From contig CAVZZO010000003.1 of the NCBI GenBank assembly GCA_963779755.1, positions 1,504,001 through 1,568,000 on the forward strand: a stretch of DNA of 64,000 bases, written 5' to 3'. The stretch comes from an uncultured Gemmatimonadales bacterium (GTDB lineage Bacteria; Gemmatimonadota; Gemmatimonadetes; Gemmatimonadales; GWC2-71-9). Under the pieces are notes generated by a model. That model was not told where the DNA came from, did not search any database, and saw only the letters and a program-made list of their open reading frames with translations. The position numbers were made by a program, and so were the translations under genes. Below, piece after piece: positions 11,138-19,858 of the stretch (positions within the stretch are counted from its first letter, which is position 1; every line of letters starts with the position of its first letter).

Positions 11138-11194
11138 ATAGAGTGAGATAACTTCTAGCCCGAGGAGTAGAACCTCGAACAACCCTACATTGCC

Positions 11195-11628
11195 TCAATC
11201 GACAATCTCGCTCCACCGCCGCCTCGCAATGATACCTCCAATTGGGCCAAATGCGACCGAGAGTATCAGAATCGTAATTTGGCTATCAGGTGAAAAAGCA
11301 TCGCGACCGCTTGCCGCGATGGCAAAGCCTGTCCATATGGGAACTGCACATAGGAGCCCCAGTAAAGCTGCCCCCCACCACCAGCGTGCCAATGGCCGAA
11401 GCGCACCGAGTACCATCCCCGCACTTATCCCCCCCCCCAATACGCAAGGATTGTACTCCCTAGGGTGCTGTGATGAGTTTCGAAAGCCTGCGTACCGTTG
11501 AGAGCATAAATGCCCAGCGCTATTACGGAGTACAGCACGGCACCACAAATCCCTAGCCCGCCCCCCCAGAGAACGTTCTGGGTCAGCGTCTTGCCCCTAT
11601 ACTTCCGATCCTTTACTAGTGACGACAC
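11195..11628 (-). CDS. Putative membrane immunity protein for RHS-B, split at a G10 tract (11429-11438)
   Basis: ORFs 11425-11628 and 11195-11548 join into one multi-TM protein if the run is G11 or G8; overlaps the RHS-B stop. Confidence 0.7.
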
Positions 11629-14600
11629 GCGGCTACCGCCTCCATCACGGCGTCATAGGTGGCCAACCCAGGAACTAGGCTCCTAAGAAACCCCCCTACG
11701 GAGAACCCTCCCGCCAAGGATGGGGCCGCTGCGTCAAAGCCAATTGCGGTTGCCCCCAACGCCCCCCTCGATCCCAAATATGCAGAGGCTAAGCTACGGC
11801 CCCCGCGAATCAGGTTCCCGCGAGCGTACACCAAGTCCATCTTTGTACCCCATTCTGTAAGGCTCCTAGCAACGTACCCAGCTGCCCTCGCTCCTCTGAA
11901 AATCCCGGACAACCCCCCAGTGAAAAAGAACGAGCCGTCAATAACGCCAGTTCCGATTGCTATTAGAACAGCATCCCTACAAGCCATCTTGTCGCCTGGC
12001 TTGGGCGGACTGCCCGCGCCCGCCCCGCTCGTCGACACGATCGGGTTCCCATTGGGGTCCTCCCGCGGCGTGAACCCACCACACGTTGTCCACTGCCATT
12101 CGGTCCAAGAGCCTTGATCGCTGTTGCACGCTTGCGGCTCGGAGAAAGCACTCGGAAGATCATGATGTGCATAGCCCTCGATCTCCGGGAGGCAGACAAC
12201 GCCCTCGTCGCACTTGGGATCCATACCAAATGGATCCGACCCACTGATAGGATCATTGCCAGAGTACGCGTAGAGATTGAGCCCTCCCATTATCCCAATC
12301 GGATCTTCGGTCAGGAACCTCCCCAGCTCCGGGTCATAGTACCTCGCCCGCATATAATAGAGCCCGCTCTCGGGATCGTACTCCCGCCCCGCCATGCGGA
12401 ACCGGGTAACCACGCCGGTGTCCGGACTGGCGATCCGGCCCCAGGCATTGAGATCGTACTTCTTGAGCGGCGCCCCCGCACTGTCCCGCGCGATCCCGTG
12501 CACCGACCCGATTACCGGGTCGGTGAGCACGACCCCGCTCCAGCTGGCGTTCTTGATACTGAAGAGTCGGTCGCTGCCTGGCAAGTGGCCGTATTGGTTG
12601 GTGACGGCGAAGCTGTTGTTGAGGTCGAGCGCCACCTGGTCGCCGTCGTAGACGTACCACTGGTTGCCGCTCGCGGTGGTCTTGCGCACCCGGCGGCCGA
12701 AGGGGTCGTAGGCGAAACTGTCCACAAAGGCCCCCGGGCCCGTGAGCACCTGCTTCAACCGGCCCAGGGCGTCCCAGGTGTACTGTTGGCCGATATAGCA
12801 GTAGACGTAACCCGAGCACTTCGACACCATGTTCCCGTTGGCGTCATAGGTAAAGTACCAGCCGGCCGAGTAGGCCAGCCGATTGCCCGCCCCCACGTTC
12901 GCGACCAGCTCGCCCGCCACGAGGCGGTTGCCCGCTGAATCATAGACATAGGCCGGACCCGTCCAGCCCCACTCGTTGGTGCAGGTGGGGCCGCTCAGGT
13001 CACAGGCATTGGTCAACCGGCCCAGGCTGTCGTAGGTGAAGGCCCGCTTGAGCTCCCCATTGTACTGCTGGGTCTTGAGCCGGTTCAGGGAGTCATAGGT
13101 GACGGTGACGCCCAGCAGGTTGTTCAGGGCGGAATTGCTGTAGGCCTGGAGCGAATCGGCGTGATTCTTCGTGAACGTACGCGTCTCGGTCCACTGGCCG
13201 GTGCTTGGGGTTCCGGGCCCAAACGTGAGGGTGGTCGCCAGCCGTTCTTGATTATACGTGGGGCTCAGATGCCCGCCCGGAGCCGTCAAGCTTGTGAGGG
13301 TTCCATTGCTGCCGCTGTAACCCGCACTGACGGGGTAGTTGTTCCCCGGGTCCGACCGGGCCGTGATCCGGTTCTGGCTATCCCACGTGTAATTCCACTG
13401 GTAGGTGTGGCCGCTCATGGTCTGGATCGAAGTCGTGAGCCGGCCTGCGGCGTCGTACGCCAGGGAGTCGTAGGCCACGGCATTCTTCCCGACCAGCCAG
13501 CGGCCCGCCGGATCATAGCGGAAGGTATCGGCCGGAAAATCCGGGCCGGAGCGCGTGAGCAGTCGGCCGGCCACATCATAGGTCAGGGTGATCGTATCCC
13601 CGCGGCGCGTCTTCACGGTCCGCACGTTCCCGGCCACGTCGTACCAGGTGCTGTCGGCCTTGGTGGTGTCGCCCAGATCGTGCTGGGCCGTCAGCCAGCC
13701 CAGGGGGTTGTAGCGGAACTTGTAGACCTCATGTTTGGGATCGGTCACCCGGACCAGGTTGCCCAGCGAGTCGTAGCCGAAGCTGGTGGTGTACCCCCTG
13801 CCGTCCATCGAGGTCAGGGTCTGGTTCAGGACCCCGTAGGTCACCTTGCTCGTGCCCGATTGGGGAACGTGCGTGGTGTCCGCTCGCCCCAGCGCATCGT
13901 AGTGGTAGGTGATCCGGTTCCCCCGGGCATCCACCTGGGTGGCGACGTTCCCCCAGGTTCCTTCATAGAGTGTGCTGTCCCGGTGGGCAGAGTCGGCGTG
14001 GATGAAGACCGTGACCCGGCCTCGGGTATCCTCCAGGTAGCGGCCCCCGAAGGCCCCGGCGATCTGCACGCTGTCGAGTGAACCCGCCGGCCCGCCGGTG
14101 CCGCTGTGGTAGGTGTAGCTGACACCGGCCGGGCCGCCCGTGATGGTGGCGACGTCGCCCAGCGCCGTATAGGTGTAGTTCAGCGTGCGGTTGGTGGTCA
14201 GATCCTTGGCCTGGAGCAGGAGGTAGGGCGAATAGGCCGGTGGTTCGTTCCCGTTCGAGTAGCTGAACTGGCTCGCGTGGCCATTCGGTTCGGTCACATA
14301 GGTGGGCCGGGACAGGGTGTCCCGGGTGATGGTCGTGATTTTCCCGAAGACGTCCTTGATCCAGATGGGCGCTCCCAGCCGGTCCAGCCGGAAGGTGATG
14401 ACCGCGCCTTGGGGGTCGGTCGCGGTCGCCAGCGCGGAGTCGGGCACCTGGGCCGTCTTGGCGGTGGCTTCGCTCGTTCCGGTGGTGCCTGGCTGCCATA
14501 CCACGCGGTCCGCCGCCTTCAGGACCACCGTTGGCCGCCCATTGCCGCCGGTGTAGAGCGGAACACTCGGCGCCTTGAGACTGTCCACCCGCCCGAGAGC

Positions 14601-16028
14601 GTCGTAGGTGATATTGGTCGCGTGTCCTGCCCGGTCGGTGACCTGGGTGAGCTGGTTCGTGGACGTGTTATAGGCCAGGACCGTCGAGATATTGTCGGGG
14701 TCTTTCACATTCACCAGCCGGCCGCTGGTGATGGTATAGGTCGTCACCCGGTTGCCGGGATCCTTGACCGTGGCCAGCTTGCCCGAGGCGTAGGTCAGCG
14801 TATCCCGCTTCCCCATGGGGTCAGTGATCTTGACCAGCAGCGTATCGTTGGGCGCGGTCCCCCAGGTGAGCGTGGTGGTATTGCCGAAGCGATCCACTGC
14901 CTTGGACATCCGGCCGTTCGAGAGAAACTCCACATAGGAGCCGTCCAACGCCACACGCCGCAAATGCCCTCCGACAGTCGCCAATGTGGTGGTCACGCCC
15001 GCCGGCGGCGCGCCGTTCTTGTACACCAGCACGGAGCCGTCCCCTTCCACCACTACGACACCATCCGATTGGGAGAAGACCTGTTGTAACCCGGCCATGC
15101 CCACGCCCGCGCCGAACGCACTCTTGCCGCGGTCGTTGACCAGGACATAGCTCGGCACGGTATTGCTGATCGTGCTGTCCGTTCCGTAGTGCGCCGTGGC
15201 CACCACCAGGACATCGTACCCCCCGGTCGTGAGGCCATTGGTGCTGTCATCCAGGACCGCCTCCACGCGCACCGGCGTGGTGCCCTGAGCCATGTAATAG
15301 ACCGCCTGCTGGCCATTCAGCAGGGTCAGGAAGGCACCGGTAGACACCCGCTTGACCTGCAGGCTGTAGCTCGTGGGTGTGTGCCCCGCGGTCGCATTCA
15401 GGTCCATGGCGATCACGGCCTTCGGGTGGACCGTGGCGCTGTTGTAGACCAGGGATACGGTGCGAGGCTGGCCGAGGGAGAAGTACGGGACGGTGCTATG
15501 GGTCCAGACCATGTCGAAACAACTGGCGAGGCACTGACCGACGCTGCGATTCCCGGGACTATACGGGGCGAGCGAGATTACCGGGGCTCCCGGCGGGGCG
15601 ACCACCGGCACGGAAACCCACCCAGTATCCGAAGCCTCGCCGTCGGCATGCAGCGTGATCCGCCCCGTGCCGGCGGCTCCGACGTGGAAGTACGCTTTGA
15701 CCTTGGTATTCTGCGCGCCCGCTGCCAGGGATAGCGAGCTGGGCTGCACGCTATCACAGGTCGCCGGGGCGGTGCTGGCGCAGGAAAGCCCGTACGTGTC
15801 GTCGTTGATCCCGTTATTCCACACCGTGAAGAACTGAATGAACTCGGTAGGAGCGTACGGGTTCTTGGTGGAGGTCGTCCCCCAATCCGGGGTGACGACC
15901 ACACTGAAGTCGTTGCAGCCCTCCACACAAAGCGGCTGGGCTTGCCCGGATAGCGGTCGGGAGAACGTCAGGCAGGCGACGAGGACAGGAAGGAAGGGGA
16001 GCAGGGCGAGGAAGCGGCGAGCGGACAC
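11616..16028 (-). CDS. RHS-B: signal-peptide RHS toxin with Gly/Ala-rich hydrophobic CT
   Basis: GTG start at 16028 after ccggag; signal peptide, QPLCVEGC domain, YD repeats, RYYDPELGRFLTEDPIG...DPFG. Confidence 0.92.
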   Translation of the reverse strand: MSARRFLALLPFLPVLVACLTFSRPLSGQAQPLCVEGCNDFSVVVTPDWGTTSTKNPYAPTEFIQFFTVWNNGINDDTYGLSCASTAPATCDSVQPSSLSLAAGAQNTKVKAYFHVGAAGTGRITLHADGEASDTGWVSVPVVAPPGAPVISLAPYSPGNRSVGQCLASCFDMVWTHSTVPYFSLGQPRTVSLVYNSATVHPKAVIAMDLNATAGHTPTSYSLQVKRVSTGAFLTLLNGQQAVYYMAQGTTPVRVEAVLDDSTNGLTTGGYDVLVVATAHYGTDSTISNTVPSYVLVNDRGKSAFGAGVGMAGLQQVFSQSDGVVVVEGDGSVLVYKNGAPPAGVTTTLATVGGHLRRVALDGSYVEFLSNGRMSKAVDRFGNTTTLTWGTAPNDTLLVKITDPMGKRDTLTYASGKLATVKDPGNRVTTYTITSGRLVNVKDPDNISTVLAYNTSTNQLTQVTDRAGHATNITYDALGRVDSLKAPSVPLYTGGNGRPTVVLKAADRVVWQPGTTGTSEATAKTAQVPDSALATATDPQGAVITFRLDRLGAPIWIKDVFGKITTITRDTLSRPTYVTEPNGHASQFSYSNGNEPPAYSPYLLLQAKDLTTNRTLNYTYTALGDVATITGGPAGVSYTYHSGTGGPAGSLDSVQIAGAFGGRYLEDTRGRVTVFIHADSAHRDSTLYEGTWGNVATQVDARGNRITYHYDALGRADTTHVPQSGTSKVTYGVLNQTLTSMDGRGYTTSFGYDSLGNLVRVTDPKHEVYKFRYNPLGWLTAQHDLGDTTKADSTWYDVAGNVRTVKTRRGDTITLTYDVAGRLLTRSGPDFPADTFRYDPAGRWLVGKNAVAYDSLAYDAAGRLTTSIQTMSGHTYQWNYTWDSQNRITARSDPGNNYPVSAGYSGSNGTLTSLTAPGGHLSPTYNQERLATTLTFGPGTPSTGQWTETRTFTKNHADSLQAYSNSALNNLLGVTVTYDSLNRLKTQQYNGELKRAFTYDSLGRLTNACDLSGPTCTNEWGWTGPAYVYDSAGNRLVAGELVANVGAGNRLAYSAGWYFTYDANGNMVSKCSGYVYCYIGQQYTWDALGRLKQVLTGPGAFVDSFAYDPFGRRVRKTTASGNQWYVYDGDQVALDLNNSFAVTNQYGHLPGSDRLFSIKNASWSGVVLTDPVIGSVHGIARDSAGAPLKKYDLNAWGRIASPDTGVVTRFRMAGREYDPESGLYYMRARYYDPELGRFLTEDPIGIMGGLNLYAYSGNDPISGSDPFGMDPKCDEGVVCLPEIEGYAHHDLPSAFSEPQACNSDQGSWTEWQWTTCGGFTPREDPNGNPIVSTSGAGAGSPPKPGDKMACRDAVLIAIGTGVIDGSFFFTGGLSGIFRGARAAGYVARSLTEWGTKMDLVYARGNLIRGGRSLASAYLGSRGALGATAIGFDAAAPSLAGGFSVGGFLRSLVPGLATYDAVMEAVAACRH

Positions 16029-16061
16029 GGCGGGCTCCGGAGAGAGGTCGCTCCCTGCCAT

Positions 16062-16078
16062 GGCAGATTACATGCCCT
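16062..16078 (-). promoter_or_regulatory. sigma54 -24/-12 promoter of RHS-B
   Basis: Minus strand aGGGCATGTAATCTGCc = GG-N10-GC, about 35 bp upstream of the GTG. Confidence 0.72.
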
Positions 16079-16145
16079 GCGGCTCCAGGATTCACCTCGT
16101 TATCCGGGAACAACTTAGGCGGCCGGCGCACCTTCCTTCCTCCCC

Positions 16146-16202
16146 AAATGTTCAGAAATGTTCAGCTTTGTTCGGAACATTTCCGAACATTTCTGAACAT
16201 TT
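16146..16202. promoter_or_regulatory. Putative enhancer (UAS) array B
   Basis: TGTTC(A/G)G x3 then inverted GAACA x3 at 10-bp period; contains the EBP-B stop codon. Confidence 0.7.
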
Positions 16203-17169
16203 CGTTCGCGTGCTTCGCCTCCCGCAGCGATAGCCCATGCGTCCGCAGGCGGGAGTAGAGGGTCGTGCGGCTGATCCCGAGTACCGCCATGATACGCTTG
16301 GCGTTCCAGCCATGGGCTGCACAGATCGCTACCAGTTGCGCGTCTACTGTCCCCACGCGACCAGGAACCCGCGGGTCCAGATCACGACACCCCATCTCGA
16401 TGGCTTCCGCGAGCCCGGCGCCCGTGATTTGTCCCCCACCCCCCAGCCACCCTGCCCGCTCCACCACATACCGCAGCTCGCGCACGTTCCCCGGCCAGGC
16501 GTAGCCCGCCAGCACGGACGCGACACCCTCGCCCAGGCTCCAGCCCTGCCGTCTCGCGAAGTGCTCCGCCAGCGGCAGCAGATCCTCCGTCCGTTCCCGG
16601 AGCGGCGGCAGCCGCACCAAGGCCCCGCAGATCCGGTGATAGAGATCCGCCCGGAACCGGCCAGCTTCGATCTCGCGGGTCAGCGGCCCCTGCGCCGCCG
16701 CCACGATCCGCAGATCCACCCGTCGCTTCCCGGTCTCGCCCAACCGCCGCACTTCCCCCTGCTCCAGCACCCGCAACAGCTTGGCCTGCGCCTCCAGCGC
16801 CAGGCTGGGCAGCTCATCCAGCAACAGGGTCCCGCCGTCGGAGGCCGCGATCAGGCCCTCGGCATCGTCCGCCCCGGTATAGGCGCCACGCCGGTGCCCG
16901 AACAGCTCCCCTTCCACCAGCTCGCGCGGCAGCGCCGCACAATTGAGGTCTACCAGGGGCCCACGCCGCCCGCTCCAGGCATGCATCGCCTGGGCGAAGA
17001 GCTCCTTCCCCGTCCCCGTCTCCCCCACGAGGAGAACCGGCAGACTGGTCGTCGCGAAGCGGAAGGCCAGATCGAGCGCGCGCAGGAAGGCAGGCGCTCG
17101 GCCGATCATTGCCGGCGCCGCGCCCGGTGCCCCCGGGCCGCTGATTTCCGGCGTGCGGCTAGCGGTCAT
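16162..17169 (-). CDS. EBP-B: sigma54 enhancer-binding protein without a sensor domain
   Basis: GETGTGKE, GAYTGA, LLLDE, WPGNVREL, Fis-type HTH LGISRTTLYSRL. Confidence 0.93.
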   Translation of the reverse strand: MTASRTPEISGPGAPGAAPAMIGRAPAFLRALDLAFRFATTSLPVLLVGETGTGKELFAQAMHAWSGRRGPLVDLNCAALPRELVEGELFGHRRGAYTGADDAEGLIAASDGGTLLLDELPSLALEAQAKLLRVLEQGEVRRLGETGKRRVDLRIVAAAQGPLTREIEAGRFRADLYHRICGALVRLPPLRERTEDLLPLAEHFARRQGWSLGEGVASVLAGYAWPGNVRELRYVVERAGWLGGGGQITGAGLAEAIEMGCRDLDPRVPGRVGTVDAQLVAICAAHGWNAKRIMAVLGISRTTLYSRLRTHGLSLREAKHANEMFRNVRKCSEQS

Positions 17170-18433
17170 CGCCCGCTCCCATGTCTCCGAGCCGCGGTTG
17201 GGTGACCTGATCGGCGTCCTCGTCCGTCTTCAGGATCCTGGGCGTGATGAAGAGATATAGCTCGGTCTGGCTCTTGCTCCGGCTGGCACTCCCGAAGAGG
17301 CCGCCCAGGATCGGGAGGTCCGAGAGCAGGGGCACCCCCGACTGGCTCTTGTCCCGCTGCTCGTCGGTGAGGCCTCCGATCACGATGGTCTGGCCGTCCC
17401 GCACCAGCACCTGGGTGGCGGCCTCCCGGGTCGAAATGATGGGCGCATCGAACTGGGTCTCGCTGGTGGCGGCATTGATCTCCTGCTGGATGACGAGGGA
17501 GACGTAGCCGTCCTGGTTGATGGTGGGGCGCACGGTGAGCTTGGTCCCCACATCCTTGTACTGCACCACCTGGTCCCGGCTCGGGGTGTCGGTCGGCAGC
17601 GAGCGGCTCACCTGCACGAAGGGCCGCTGGCTCCCCACCAGGAATCGGGCCTCGGTGTTGTTGGAGGCGAGGAGGACCGGACGAGAGATGATGTGCACAT
17701 CGCCGTGACTCTGGGCCATCCGGAGCGTGGCATCAATGTCCGCCTTGCCCAGGCCCATGAGCCGGACCACCAAGTCGCCCAGCCCGCCACCTGCGGTATT
17801 CGCGTCGATGCTGCCGCCGTCCAGCTTTTGCTTCGGCAGGTGCAGGTCGGCCCCCAGCGAGAAGCTCCGGTCGTGCCGGGCCTCGACAATCAGGACTTCG
17901 ATCAGGACCTGGAGCGGCCGGATGTCGAGCTGGTTCACTGCCTCCTCCAGGACCTTGTAATCCTCTGCGGAGGCGCGGATCAGGAGCGAGTTGGTCAGCT
18001 CGTCGGGCACGATGGTGACGGAGCCCGAGAGGGCGGACAGGCGGACAGGCGGGAAGGCGGGAGGGCGGGAGGTGCTGCCCGTGCCGGAGTTCCCTGCGGA
18101 GGCACTACGTTCCGCTGCAGTTCGTCGGAGAGCGTTCCGCTCGAAAGTCCGGAGCTGCCGCTGAACTCGCCCGACCCGCCGAAGAGCTGATTCACGGTGG
18201 CGGCGACGTCGGCGGCGCGGGCGTGCTTGAGCCGGATGACAAAGAGGCGGATGTCCTGGGGTGCGCCCGGTGTCCCCGGCCCCGGCGTGGGCGGCGGCGG
18301 AGCGGGGGGCTTGGGTTCGATCCGGAAATAGGCGGAGTCCTCGGTGAGCTGCAGCCCGTTGGTTTCGACCAGGTCGCGCAGCAGCGGCAACACGGCCGCC
18401 CGGGTGACGGGAGCCGGCGGCTCCAGGGTCACC
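17159..18433 (-). pseudogene. gspD: Duplicated secretin gene, 5'-truncated and frameshifted
   Basis: Paralog of 25973-27236; lacks the signal peptide and start; five octamer repeats at 18031-18070 versus four in the intact copy shift the frame. Confidence 0.88.
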
Positions 18434-18487
18434 GTTCCGAACCGACCCTTGCACCAGGAAATCGCCCGTGGATCTAGCCTGTTGGCG

Positions 18488-18686
18488 TCCGCAGATGGCG
18501 CAGATTGGTCCTGTTGACGTCCGGCTTTTTACGAAGATACGCCGATAGCATCGCTCGACGCCGGATTGGAACGTGCCCTCTTCCGACTTCTTGGATCAGC
18601 AACCTGGAGTGCCGGGTCGTAATCTGACGGCCACATGGGAGGCCCATCGGCGACTCCCCCCCGGGGCATCTGCGAGATCTGCGGAT
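18488..18686 (+). mobile_element. Decayed GxxExxY-type element
   Basis: Left arm tccgcagatggcgcagatt, right arm atctgcgagatctgcggat, internal remnant AGLERAL...LECR similar to the GxxExxY C-terminus (RLERALLLNFG..LEYRR). Confidence 0.55.
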
Positions 18687-18939
18687 GATCGGCGAGTTCA
18701 TCGAGCAACGGGGCCTGATCCAGCGGGCCGCGGCCGAGCTCAGGGGGGTGGACCCGTCCAAGGTCTCCCGTATCCTCCATGGGCGGCACGCGGACTACTC
18801 CACCGAGCGCCTGATCGGCTTTCTCCGCCCGCTGGGCCGCGATATTGACATCGTGATCCGGAGCCCGGGCGGCGCCGGGGACCGGGCCGGCTCCGCGTCG
18901 TCGCCTGATTCCACGCGCTGCACGCGCTTTCTTCTTTAG
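18685..18939 (+). pseudogene. 5'-truncated XRE/HigA-like antitoxin
   Basis: IEQRGLIQRAAAELRGVDPSKVSRILHG...YSTERLIGFLRPLGRDIDIVI; its ATG comes from the repeat arm. Confidence 0.65.
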
Positions 18940-19126
18940 CCGTCGGTTTCTTCCGACGATCTTGCCTGGCAAAGCCCCGCCGCCTCTCGATCCTCCGGCC
19001 CCGGCAAGCGAGCCCCTTCAATCCAGAGGCTGGTGCGCTCACAGCAGGGGCTCTGGAAAAGCTTGGCGATTCACACCGCGAAGAAGTAAAACGCCCCCCT
19101 TGGGGAGACCGGCGGCTAGCGAGGTC

Positions 19127-19858
19127 CTACGGCTTGTCTGGCGGACGGCCGGCAGCCGGGATCGAGTCGACGACTTCGAGACTTGGTGGTGCACCAGCCT
19201 GTAGCCTACACTCATACCTGGCCATACGTCCCGGCTCCGCTACCCACTCCTGGACGATCCACTGCCCCTTGCCCATGTGGGTTACCTGAGGGGCTCCGAC
19301 CCGCGTGCCCCACGGAGGCCCACGGGAAGAGAAGCCCATCTTACGCCAATCGTCGGCATTCTCGAACACGATGGGGCGCATGGAGGACGTACTTGCGTGC
19401 CCAACCGTCGCCGCTAGCTCGGTGCACGCCCTCTTGGCGGCATCCGGGCCGTCCGGTACCCAACCTGCGGACACTGCGGTGAAGTCCTCCGGTGTCCGCA
19501 GGATCAGCAGCTGGGTGTCACGCTGGGCGAGGATCACCACGGACTCCATGTGCGCGCTGCCGACCGGCCTGTATACGCTCCGATAATAGACCAAGCCAGG
19601 AACGACCCGTGATGACTCGGCCGTAGTCTCGAGCATATCCGGGTCGAGGCTGCTCACTGCTTCATGACGCGCGGTTGCGATGGCCGTAAGAGCCACGGAA
19701 TCGGTAGCTGAAAGTCGGCTCGCCTGGCCCATTCTCCCTGGCTCACGACTGCAAGCGACTAAGAAAGCGATCGCCATTAGGCGGCTGGCGGCTCTGGCGC
19801 ACGCTCGCCGGCCAACGAGCAGAGGCCGCACGTCTCGCGTGGATGCCATAGCGATCAT
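19127..19858 (-). CDS. Lipoprotein, putative immunity protein for RHS-C
   Basis: ATGA overlap with the RHS-C stop; lipobox AFLVAC. Confidence 0.65.
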   Translation of the reverse strand: MIAMASTRDVRPLLVGRRACARAASRLMAIAFLVACSREPGRMGQASRLSATDSVALTAIATARHEAVSSLDPDMLETTAESSRVVPGLVYYRSVYRPVGSAHMESVVILAQRDTQLLILRTPEDFTAVSAGWVPDGPDAAKRACTELAATVGHASTSSMRPIVFENADDWRKMGFSSRGPPWGTRVGAPQVTHMGKGQWIVQEWVAEPGRMARYECRLQAGAPPSLEVVDSIPAAGRPPDKP

